In this document: positions 1 to 11,833 of the stretch, in pieces
How the letters are laid out: every line of letters begins with the position of its first letter
Position numbering within the stretch: the first letter of the stretch is position 1
Assembly: GCA_001662655.1 (NCBI GenBank)
Contig: KV460249.1
From: Pseudogymnoascus verrucosus
Lineage: Eukaryota
Length of the DNA stretch: 64,000 bases
Strand: one strand, 5' to 3'
Notes under the pieces: model-generated
Database searches by the model: none
What the model saw: the letters and a program-made list of their open reading frames with translations, nothing else
Told to the model about the DNA's origin: nothing
Position numbers and translations under genes: made by a program

Positions 1-65
1 GGAGTGTTAGGTCGACAGGACTAATGAGAAGAGGAGGGGGCGAGGCCAGGGAGGAGAAGACTTAC

Positions 66-95
66 GTCGTTGTTGTCGTTACCGTATCCAGACAT
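66..95 (-). CDS. First exon (MSGYGNDNND) of a gene running off the left edge; possibly a DDR48-like hydrophilic stress protein
   Basis: ATG at 95 in catcATG context, 10 codons, GTAAGT donor at 65-60 and CTAAC branch at 10-6. The product guess rests only on the S/G/Y/N/D composition. Confidence 0.5.
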
Positions 96-2416
96 GATGA
101 AGGATGTTTATATGAATTGGGAGGGAGTGGTTGAAGATTGGAGATTGGTATATGGAGATTGTAGAATTGAGAAAGTATCGAGGAACCAAAGAAAGGGGAC
201 TCGAGACGGGGGAAGGAGAAGGCTTATACTTATACCTCTCTCCCCCTCCTCCCACCTACCTCTCACCTACCTCTAACCTCCCACCTCCCACCTCCCCCCT
301 TCGGACCCCCAAGGTCACTCACTCACTTGTGGCTAGCTACCACCCTCGGGGCGGGGCAAGCTGAGATGACGAGTCCCTCTCCCCCCAAGCTACACAAAAC
401 GTAGTTGCGTCATGACCTCTCCCATCCCCCCGCCGATTGAGTCGTGCTCCTGAGGGGGTTCACCATAGAGGGGTAAACTTCGTGCTCCCCCCCGTCCTCC
501 CACCCCCTCGGCCTCGCCGCCACCATTGGCCAGCTAGCTGCGGATGATAGGGAGCCAGAGCAAGGCTTGTCTCAGTCGGATCCATGGGACCGTGGCGGAG
601 GGGAGGAGCGGATCGTGAAGATGGGAGTGGATAGCTTGGAGCTTGTATGGATCGGGGGAGGGGGAGGGGGAGGGGGATGGCGTGCGTCTGGCGTGCCTTG
701 GATCTTGGTTTTAGTTTCTGGTCTGTCTGGTCTTCAGTTGCGCAATGCGGGAGTGAGGTAGATGGATTGGATGGGTGCGTATGTAGCCTTGCTGTGGTGG
801 TGGTCTAGTTTCGTGGTACTATGGATGGTGCTGCTCGGTAGTGTAGAGTATTGTAGAGTAGTGTAGCTTCGAATGATCCGCGGCAGGATAGGATGAGGGA
901 CGGAGATGTGCCCGGACATGCGTCGACGTACATCATCGGCGGCCAGCCATAGGAGGGTACTGCGGGAGGACATGTGGGACGGGGCGTGTTGGTGGTGGTT
1001 GGAGGTGCAAATGCCTCATACTATCTAGGTTGTCGTCGATGTATTGTGGTTGTACCTTGTGATGTTCTTTCTCCCTCCGTGTCTCCACATGGCCAGTAAT
1101 GAAGCTTCTTTGTGGTTTTTGGTGGTTCAGTAGTTTCCGTATGTGGGGTAGATAGGCCGAGACCTGGTGGGAAGAGGTGGGATGAGGTGGAAGGGAAGGG
1201 AAGGGAAGGTACGAAGTTAGCGAGTAGTGGTAGAGGTAGAGTACCTCGATCCTGCATTCAGCTCGACAGGGCGATGGAAGTACAGGAGGGGTGATTGAGC
1301 TGTGCATGGTTAGATGATGGTGGGATGAAGCATGGTGGGATGGATTGGAGGGGAGTCGTGACTGGCCTGAATAGGCAATTGTGATGCATGGTGATGGTAG
1401 AGATGATGAGATGATGTCGTGCTATTGTATGTGAATTATATCTCTATGTTTATTTATCTGTATACACTGGGGATGAGTAGAGAGTATGGTATTATTGTTG
1501 CTATTGCTCCTACTCTCCCTTATCTAACCGACCTATTTACCCCTCCATCCTCCACCACCAAAAAAAGGTACGCGTCCTCCATACTACTGGCCCCATACTA
1601 TACTAAGTACTTTACTCAGCCACAGCCACAACAATAAACCCCCTTCCTTCCCTTTCCCATCTTTTACCCCTCCCCCTAACCATCCCATCCCATCCCATCC
1701 CGCCCCAGTAGATCCCACAAGGGAAAAAACAAGCTCAAACCCCCGAACCAGGAAATCAATATCATACGATAGTAGGACACAGTAGTCTATACTAACTACT
1801 CTAGTGGCCCCCATCTAATAGACCTGACCAGATACAGCAGCGTAGTATCCGCAACCCTGAACAGCTGCTATGTCCATCTCGCATCCATAACTCGCATCTA
1901 TGCCTGCATCCATATCTCCCCTCCATTCTCCATACGTCCATCTACATATCCCATCCATCCCACACATATCCATACATCCACATAACCAGCCATGCTAACC
2001 GCATCCCCCATCTCCGCCGATCGCTACTTCAGATGAACCGCACAATGCTCGCCTGCATGCACCAGCCCACTACCCACGCGCCTCTGCACCATGCATGCAG
2101 ATGTGGTATATGATGATGTGTGTGTGTGTGTATCTGGCACTTTGCATTTCCCGCCGCAGTTTCCCGTGGTCACTCTATGTAGTAATTCTTTCGTCTTGTC
2201 CCGCTCTAATCGCCGTCCAATCCCAAACGCCGATGTGTTGCTGCCCATTTGCTTGGGTCTCTTGAGCCTCATTTCTTCCCACCACTGCTATTTGTATCAA
2301 AACTGCTCGCTTCCCTTGAGCCTCAATTATACCACCACGGCTCCCATTCTCGGCGTTGTATCCGACACCCAGCATTCATCCCCATCCCAATTTCACCCTC
2401 CAAATCCATACCACGC

Positions 2417-3368
2417 TCACCTCACATACTTGCTCATAAACCTCTTATGGAAATCCGATCTCAGCAAGTCCTATCCGCACATTAGCATCCCATCCCATCC
2501 CACACCTCCCCCTCACCTCCCTCAGAAAAAAGCTCACATTAACAAACTCCTTCTTATCCTTCCCCTCCGTCCCCCTCGCCTGATTCCTAAAAATCACATC
2601 ATCATCCCACCTCCTCTTAACCCCAAAATCCTGCTTCGCCCCCCCGCCCATCAACGGATTCCCCCCCGCCACATCCCTCTCCCTCGCCTCCTCCTCCTCC
2701 TTCTCCTTCTCCCTCTCCTCCTTCTCCCTCCGTTCCGCCCGTTCCCTCTTAATCTTCTCCAACTCCCGCTGCAACTCCGCCGTCTCGTCTTCACTCTCGT
2801 CTTCACTGTCGCTCTCGCTTTCAGAAGCTGAATCAGCGTCAATGTCGCGCGTCTCCTCTAGGATCTTCCGCCGCTTCGCTTCCTTCGCTTCGGCATCGTC
2901 TTCTACCCCCTCCATTGCGCTGCTTTCGAGGAGTCCCCCTCTCTTCCCTGCTTCGAGCGCGGCATCGTCGGCGCTGGTTTGGTCGGGTGCCCCGCCGCGC
3001 GTCTTGGCGAAGTGAGCAGCTTCGGCGGCGAGGAGTTCGGCGCGCAGGTCGCGCGATTGGGAGTCGGCTGAGCCGCCTTGGCCGGGTTTGCTGTGGTGAG
3101 GGTTAGCGGATGCGCACTTGTGTTTGGCGTGGGATATTGGATGGGGGAGCATACCGGACTTTCAGCTGGGTGTGCGCGGGGAGGAGGCGCTGGTGGTATG
3201 CTGGGCCGCGCTGGGCTTCTTTACCTACAGCCTTTGGGGTGTTAGTTTGGGAGTTTCGGGATGGGGAGGTCGTGGGGGGGACGAACGGGGTCGAAGGTTG
3301 GTCTGTGAGCTGGGGTTTGTTAGCGATAGTTATTTTATAACGGGCGATGGGTACATACCAGTCGTCAT
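2417..3368 (-). CDS. CWC15: Pre-mRNA splicing factor Cwc15/Cwf15 (5 exons)
   Basis: Spliced N-terminus [35 protein letters not shown]. Conserved C-terminus KRRWDDDVIFRNQARG...KEFVN-DLLRSDFHKRFMSKYVR*. Canonical introns. Confidence 0.93.
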
Positions 3369-3644
3369 CTTGCGTTGTGGTGAAATGCAAAGTAAAGTCG
3401 TAAATATATCGATGTAATGGAATTCTCCATGGCCCAGGCGATATCAACACCCATCACCACATCCCAGCGATCGCGCTAAACCTATCCCAGCACAAATCAC
3501 CACACCGCCCACGGCAATATTATTTCACTATCAATCAATCAATCCCACCTCTTCCACCCCCCAGCCCTTCCCTTCCAGCTCCCCCCAAACCACCAAAATT
3601 ACAAACACACAGTAGTCGGTCCCCGCAAAAACCGACCTACGACA

Positions 3645-4633
3645 ATGCCGCGCGAACCAGAACCCTCGCTCAACGAGCGCCAATTCATCCTCCAAGCCCT
3701 AGAAGATAACCTCCGCCTCGACGGCCGCGGCTTCGACGATGCGCGCGATGTCGAAATCAGCTTCGGAGACGCCTACGGCAGCGTAGACGTGCAGATGGGG
3801 AAGACTCGGTACTTACCCCCCCCCCCCCCCCCACCTTCCCCTCCCCTCCCCCCGTCCTCCCTCCTCCCACCAATTCCCCCTCTCTTTTAAGAAGAACCTC
3901 CAGAGCTAACCCACCCAAGCGTCCTAGCAACAATATCCTGTTCCCTCTCCCCCCCCGCCCCTTCGACGGCATCTTCACCCTCACCACCGAGTTCTCCCCC
4001 ATGGCGACCCCCACCGTGGACCCCTCCCGCCCCTCCCCTCCCGAGACCCTCCTCGCGCGCCTTCTCGATAAAACACTCCGTCGCTCCGCCGCGCTGGACA
4101 CCGAGTCGCTTTGTCTCCTGGCTGGGAAGAGCGTCTGGGCTATCCGCTGCGATCTCCATATCTTGTCGCATGGAGGGGGGTTGCTTGATGCGTGCTGCGT
4201 CGCTGCGTTGGCGGGGCTGCTGCATTTCAGACGCCCGGAAGTCAGCGTGGAGGGCGAGAAAGTCACAGTCTACAGCGCTGAAGAGAGGGCGCCTGTTCCG
4301 CTAAGCCTGTTGCATCTCCCTTTCTGCGTTACGTTCTCGATCTTTGGAATTAGGCAGGGGGAAGAGGAGGTGGTGCTGCTTGATGCGGATAGGGCGGAGG
4401 AAGGGGTGAGAGAGGGGTCGGTGACGGTGGGTGTTAATAGACATGGGGAGGTGTGTCAGATTGCGAAGTTGGGGGGGAGGGAGGTGGATGCGCTGGAGTT
4501 GTTGAGGTGTGTTGGTGTTGCGGAGGGGAGGGCGAAGGTTCTTGATGGGATTGTGAGGAGGAGGGTGGGGGAGGAGGAGAGGAGGAGGGATGGGGGGGTG
4601 GGGAAGGTGTTGAGTGCTGAGAATGAGAGGTGA
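3645..4633 (+). CDS. RRP45: Exosome core subunit Rrp45 (RNase PH family); one intron from 3809, with an apparent frameshift near 3950
   Basis: N-terminus MPREPEPSLNERQFILQALEDNLRLDGRGFD. Motifs RPFDGIF, ALDTESLC, VWAIRCD, ALAGLLHFRRPEV and NRHGEVCQIAKLGG. Confidence 0.9.
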
Positions 4634-5501
4634 GCTGCGCCGTGATGGGTTGGGTTGGGTTGTTTGGGAATTGGAAAAGTGGAAATATCATGGCGCTTTT
4701 TTGTAAGAATGGGGGTAGGAGACTATGGGCATGGTCGGCCCGTGATGGAAGGACTGTTCTCGATAAATCTAGAGCGGAGTGTGGGATCGTGGACTAGTGC
4801 ATGGAGAGCCTGTTTGGGCCCCACGGCTTCCTTCGCCTTGTGGCCGTGTCTGCGGGCGAAATTGCTGAGTTCTACGCAACAAACCAATCCTCGAGGCCGA
4901 GAAGCCTCCGCATACCCTACGAAATGACTGTAGAGTTGTCACGTATAGAGTATTTAAGACCAAGAAATAACATACCAAGTATCTTACTATCTACCATCGT
5001 GAAAACTCCGCGCCAGCAACAGTGAAACGCCAAAACTGAAGAACAGCAAACCCACCAGTATCGCCAAAGACACGTAACAGAAGTCTCATATCACCCACAC
5101 GAATCACTTGTGACCATATCCAGCCAGACACAAAATTCAAATCCATAAATCCCATTATCCCCTCATTTAGCTACCCTAACCCAGCAAACTCCCTCCCCAC
5201 CCAAGCAACCCCTCACCCCCCTTTCAACCCTCATACCCTCATCTCATATACAACAACCCCTGCCTAGCCAACCATCAAAGCCCCCAAACAAAAATAGAAA
5301 AGACAACAACTGCAATGGGTATCCGCCCATCATCCCCCTTCCTCACCCCACACCCCCTAAGCTTTTCATCTCTCTCAAAACTCAACCGGGGAGAAAAGAT
5401 ACAGCAAATAGCCAGCTAAAAAAAATCGTGATATCGCAGATATAGAAACCTCCTCCTCCATCCCCTAATTAAACCATTGCAGTTTTAGATGAGAACCTCA
5501 A

Positions 5502-8500
5502 TCACTCGCTCGCCTCGACATCAAACACATCACCCCCAGCCTTCTTACCCCTTGCACGCGCGCTCCTGGCTCGCACCGGTACGGCGGGGGTTTTGATATT
5601 CTCCTTCCCCTTTGGCTTTGCCTTCACAGCAGCGGCTTTGCGTCCGCGTCCATTCGTTGGTTTCTCCACCGGCTCAGGTGTAGATTCCTTTTCCTCCTCT
5701 TCTTCTGGTTCTTGCACCACCGGTTCAGGGACCTTCGTCCGTATCGCCGGCGCGGGCGTCTCTTCCGGCTCCTCGACAGCGCCGTCGTCGGACATCTCCA
5801 CATCCTCCTCCCCCGCAGCCTCAGAAGCCGCAGCCTCAGAAGCCTCAGCATCCGACTCATCATCAGATTCAGCAGCATCAGACTCAACATGCCCATCCGC
5901 ATACTCCCACTTACTAACCCCCCCCATCATCTCCTCATCATCCTCACTATCATCCCTATCCGCATAACTCGTCTTCGCCACCACCCCCCTCCCACTCCTC
6001 CTCCTCTCCGCCGTCGACTCCACCTTCTCCTCCCTAACCTTCTTCACCTTCGGCGTCTTCGGCGTCTTCGGCGTCTTCGGCTTCACCACCTTCTTCACCA
6101 CCTTCGCCGTCTTCACCCTCGGCACCACCGCCGCCGCAGCATTCGAGACCCTCTGCCTCTTCCCCGCCGGCTCCCCCCCAGCCGCTCCCTCCCCCGCAGC
6201 TCTCTTCCCCCTCTTCTCCCCCTTCCTCACAACCTCCTCAACCCCCTCCTCCACGCCCTCCGGCAAAAACACCTTGTCCGCCGTCTCCTGCGCCGTCTTA
6301 TGATCCGGCATCTTCGCGAACAGCTCACGCGCCATCCCCAACCTCCCAGCATAGGCCTGCATAGCCCATCCGCGGCGCGCCTCCCACTTGCGCAGGACAG
6401 CCATGGCGAGTTCGGCGAGGACGTAGATGTTTTCGCTGGAGGGGTCGAGGGCGTCGCGTGCTTGCTTGACGCGCTCGGCGTATTTGTAGAGGAGGCCGAG
6501 GTTTTCTTCGGTGGCGACGGAGGAGACGAAGAAGAGGATGTATTGCGCTGTGTCGAGGAGGTCGGCGGGTTCGGGGCTGTAATCGGGGTGGTGCGCCAAG
6601 AGCGACAGGAGGCGCGGGAGTGTAGCCTCCAGCGCCCCACCACCACCACCAACTGGGCCCTGCAGGGCGCGAGCGCGGGATTTGAGCCAAGTTGCTGCGC
6701 TAGCGCGGAAATGCGCCTCGGGCTCGAAAGCGAGGAGGAAGGGGATGGTGTAGAAGCGCATCGGAAGACGGTTGAGGACGAGGTATTTCTGGAGCTTGTC
6801 GATAAATCTGCGACGAACGGGGAATAAGGCGTCCTGCGCCACGGTAGCGAGGCGGAGGAAGGATTTCGGGGAGAGTTGTGCGTCGAATGCCTTTGTGGTG
6901 CCGAGCTTTAGGAGGAGATGCGCGGCGAGGAGACGGAGACGCGATTTATGGTGTTTTGGCGTCGAGGCGGTTTTGGAGAGCTCGCCTTCGTTGGTGAGCA
7001 GGGTGAGGAGGAGTTTGTAGACTGGTGGCGCGAGCTCGGCGGCTGACGCGGGGTCGGTGACGACGCGGAGGCGGTTGACGAGAGCTTTTAGCGACCAGGT
7101 CTTTGCTTCGCATTCAGCGTCTACGGCGGCGTCGTCGACCCAGCTGCGGTCGCTGGAGGAGGGCTCGGTGCGGTATTGGAGGAGGACTTGCTGGCTTGTG
7201 ATTTCGAGGATGGGGTCGTGGAATTCGTCCATTATGGTGGGGGCGAGGAGGGTGAGCTGGCTAATGCAGGCGAGCTTGGTGAGATAGTGGTCGGAGCCGT
7301 ATGTCCAGTCTTTTGTAGCCCATGTCAGGAGGTCGCGGGCGTGAACTTCTTTGCGTGCGGTAGTCGAGGTCAGGATCGTGACAGCGTGCTTTGCGGCTTT
7401 GGCTGGGCTACCGAACTTTGCGAAGGCGACGAGGGCCTGCACAAATGGCTTGTCCTTGGGGATATCATCCGGGAATTTCTTCGCGAATGCCGCGCACGAT
7501 TTGAGTGTCTTGACTGAACCGACGTCGTTCGCCTTCGTGGCTGTTGGAGCCGCTTCCACAAGCAGCTTGCAGAGATCCTTAACCTGCGCCTTGAAGATAT
7601 CCGGGTTTCGCTCCGAAATCTCATTTAGAAGCTCATGCGCCGTGGCACCAAGTCCCTTCGCATCATTGCGCGAGAACTCAAGAATAGCCGGCAAATTGCT
7701 TTGATTATACACAATTGACCCAGCACGGTAGATCAACGGAATCATCGTCTCCAGCAACCCCGCCGGCGCCCCCGGCGCCGCCTCAATGCGCTTCGCAAAC
7801 TCCTTAACCGCCTTATGCACAGTCTTGAAGTCCTCAATCGGGTCCATAGTACATCGAATCAGGTGGTACGCGCGACGATCATGCATCTTAGCGAACTTCC
7901 ACAAGTCGGCGCCGGCACGCAGCGAGTCCGGCAACAGTGCCACGAGCCACTGTATCACAGCCGTGAGCTTCTGTTTGATCTCCTTCTCATTGCCGTCCAT
8001 CACACCCCCATTGTACTCCTCGCATTTGGTGAGGAAAGTTGTCATCACGTTGCGGAAGGTCTTCTGACGCGCTTGGAGCGCGAAAAAGGCTTTTTTGGCT
8101 TTGGGGTCCAGGGAGCGGACGAGGATGAGGAGGCGCTCTACACGCGCGGTGTTGGGGTCAAAGGAGTCATCTGTAGCCTGTTGTGATTCCCCATTCGCCT
8201 TCTTAATCCCCTTTGACTTGAGCGGGGGATATGGGAGCGGTAGGAGCTGCTCGAACATAACGTGATCGAGTAGCACATTCACATCTTGATCATTAGCGTA
8301 GTAAGCGTAGAATATGCGCGACGGAATCGCTCCCAGAAGCGCTGTCACGGTCTCGTTCCCAGCCGCGATCTCCCCTGCTGCCACGCCCCAGATCTTACTG
8401 ATGGTGGTCATGCCTTCCACGCGCACAGCATGTTTCCGATCACGCGAGCGATCCGCTAAGCTGCACAGGACTGATCCTGTCTTGTTCACGTCGCCGCTGC

Positions 8501-10079
8501 TTGCGAGCTTTGTTATAATGTCATGGAAGCCGAATCCAGCAACTGCCTTTACAGCCGCGATGCGAACTCTTTCGTCCGCGTCGTTGAGTTTCTCTGCGAG
8601 TCCAGCTACGAGAGTAGCCTCGTCCTCGCGGCTCAATCCGATACCTCCAGCTGAAGTGAGGATGATCCGTCCAATCGCTGTAGTCCACGCCGACCTAATC
8701 AGTGGAGACTTATCATTCTTGCGACTGAGGAAGCTGGTGTAAACGGCCGGATAGGCCTGTGCGAACGACTGTGGTGACATTGGCGTCGTGAGAATATTAG
8801 TTGGCGCAGTCGGCTGTGCGTACTCCTCGAGCATCACAGGCGGATATGCAGCTGGATCCATTGGAGGCGCCGGAGGTGGTCCTGCAGCTCCAATGCCAGA
8901 TATAATATCTCCTAGGGTCTCGGTTGCGAGCAGTCGCAGCTGTACATTTTCTGCTGATAGCTCCGCCTCGAGTTGCGGGATAACATTCTGTAAGACTTGA
9001 GATGACGCGCGCCATAGCTCTCGAAGTAACCTATGTGCCTTCTCCAGCTCACGCAGATCCACAACTGTTGGGCCCGCATTCTCGTCTTCGTCATCGGAGT
9101 CGTCATTAATGCTAGACCTCCTGTGGTCGCCTGATTTGGAGATGGAACCTGAGGACGAGGCGTCGACGATCACATCGTTGAAGTACTGGCTGATATACCT
9201 CGACATCTTCTCTGGGCAGGAATTGCACAGAAACTCAGCCATCTTATACGCAGCCGGCAACTCCTTCATCTCCAGCGTCGACTGTTTATCATCCGCCTTC
9301 GAATCACCATTCTGCTTCGCCTTCCCCGTTGCCGCAGCCCGCAAGAACTGCGCGACAATAATATCAATAACTTCCGTTGGTAGCGTCGGGGCCTCATCCA
9401 CAAGCGTCACCAGGATCTCATTCATATGAAACTCGGCATTCTTGCTCAACTGCTCCCCGGTCGATGCCTTCGCCGAGCCCGACACAATATCGAAGAAGAT
9501 GGTAAAGAGATGCAATAGTAGCGCCTCCGAGTTATTCACATCCGTAATCAGGACTACGCTCTTGACTTCCGCCAGCGACGTCAGCACGTACATATGCTGC
9601 GTGTTATACGCATTCGATGGGTCCGAGAGCGCAGGCAGAATCGATGTTACGAACAGCGTGAAAATATCCTAATTTCCGCCATGTTAGCTACATTGTTATC
9701 TCACCCACATCCCCATCTCCAATCGAATAAGCGCCGGAAAACCTACCTTCAACTGCGACGGCGTGAACGGCGCATCCGGCGCACAAATCTTCAGCACATC
9801 CACCAAACAAGCCGCGGCGAATGCGCGAACCCCGCGATCCTTATGGCCCAACAGATTGGGACTACATAGCTCCTTCGCGACCTTGCCGAGCGACGCCTTA
9901 TCTGTCTCTTCCTGGTCGAGCTCTGCGAGCTCCGCGGCGAGCGCACCAAGTCGGCGCAGCAGCTCCGCAGTGGGAATAGCCTTTCCTGCGCGCCACGAGA
10001 GGGGTTCATCGAAAGTGAGAGCAGGGAGTGAAGGTTCGACGGGAGGGGCGGCGGCGGGAGGGGCCCGTCGAGGCGCCAT
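5502..10079 (-). CDS. PDS5: Sister chromatid cohesion protein Pds5 (HEAT repeats)
   Basis: Exon 1 (LLGHKDRGVRAFAAACLVDVLKICAPDAPFT) and intron 9669-9746 precede a >1360-aa exon with VIPQLEAEL, DADERVR, YNGG and RLLSLLAHHPDY, plus a basic/acidic low-complexity tail. Confidence 0.95.
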
Positions 10080-11833
10080 GGCGGCGGAGGTTGCGCGCTG
10101 TGAGGTTTGTCGGGAGGTGGAGAGGAGAGGGTTGCTTTGCGTGTGTGTGATGTCGCGAGAGGTGATGGGTATGGCGTTCAGATGCGCATTGGCACTGGTG
10201 GGAGGATATGGGAGATTCGTGTGGTGTTCGGTGGCTTCGTGGGTGGTGGTTTGTGGGGTTTCACACGCGACGAGGACGCGATTGGGGGTTCGGCGGAATG
10301 GACAGGCGCGAAGGGAGCAGGGCGCGCGCTAAGTGCTGTGGAAAGGTAATTTCGACATCACCTCACGGGAAGCGTCATGAATTCATCGACGACGGGGAAA
10401 ATGTAGGTGATTGAGAACGTCAACTTGAAATAGGTATTTATTGTTAATAATTATATTAAATATCTATTTATTGATTTTCTATGTTGGTATTTCATAATTC
10501 TCGTTCGTTTCCATCTGTGCTATTGTTGTTATTGACTGCCCGACCTCAAGGCAAGCTCCTGGGATATCCAAGTTGGATAAACATCCCCCAATGCGACTGT
10601 TTTATGTCAATTTTGGGCATGTTGTTTAAGCTTGTAGAAAGGGGTATATCTGTGACCTTTCTACCTTTCTGGTGGCAGAATATCCCACTCAAATGACAGG
10701 TTTGTGAGTCATCCAAGTGAAAGTAGGGGATTGATTGATCGCCAGACCCTTGACTACACTTCACCTCATATACGCCCTGCATAGAATATTATATAGAAGT
10801 ATATATAGTTTATATGCCGCTTATACTGTAGTATTATTCAAACTTTCTTGCTATATCCCTGGGCTTTCTATTCAGATACAGTAGTCTCATTTACGTTGTT
10901 TGTTTACATCCCTTTGGTGATTGTGAAGTTGCATTTCATCGGTCCATCACTTGCTGTTGTTGATATATCATGGACAGACGGGACCTGATATCAATATTTA
11001 ATAATCATTACTCTTCTACTCTGTTCCTCCTCTTTCTTTTAATGTTCTACAGCTTCCTTATATCTCCTTTACTGTCCCTGCTGCCTTGTTGTCCTTGATC
11101 TCTCCTGCTCTGATTATATTCGTGCATCTATTCCTTTGAGTATATATTATTATCTACCGCTAGAGGGAGAGAAGCGAACTGGCATAGGATTCTTATTTAT
11201 TCCCACCCAGGTACCATTTCCTCTTCGACCCCCTTATTTTATGAGAGAGGATGCTCCTAGAGTACCCCGACGATACTTTCCATTAAACAACCCCCCTTTC
11301 ACCCCAATCCAGTCAAACCAGACGAAACCAGACGCGTCTAAGAAGCGAGAGCCCCAGCCCTATATATTGTTTACCTCCACCCCCAAAACAAACTTCCTCC
11401 TTTTACCTTTCCACAAGCACCATCAAATTTCAAAACTCACGTTCTCCCTTCACTTGTGTTTATACACTCTTACACTCTTTCAATCCTCCATCAACTCCTT
11501 TCAAACTTCCAAAAAAAACTACCATACCCCCTTTAATTCCTTTCATACCTCTCTTGTTGATTGATCTGTACGGACCTTTCAACTTCAACCTTCAGTCTCC
11601 GTTACCAACACACTGTCAACCTTGCACAACAACTCAATCCAATTCAATCAATCAAGATCACTGTAAGTAAGATATGTTTGTTATGATTACCATTGCTATT
11701 GTTACCAACCACAATCTCAATCTCAATCACGGATGGTTGAGATTGCAGTTTGTGATGATAGCCTTCAACCCACCCCTTTCTTCCTGGATGAATGGAAACT
11801 AACATCAATTAACCTAATCAGCATCAAGTCAAC

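Noticed and set aside
567..2400. Short ORFs in the first 2.4 kb
   Set aside because: Low-complexity purine/pyrimidine tracts with no recognisable motifs or consistent splice pattern.
4655..5025. ORFs of 69-90 aa between RRP45 and PDS5
   Set aside because: No domain recognised, and they lie in convergent 3' UTR space.
5593..9672. Long + strand ORFs antisense to PDS5 (likewise antisense to ITC1, SNF5 and CWC15)
   Set aside because: Shadow ORFs caused by GC-rich biased codon usage; the translations are low-complexity.
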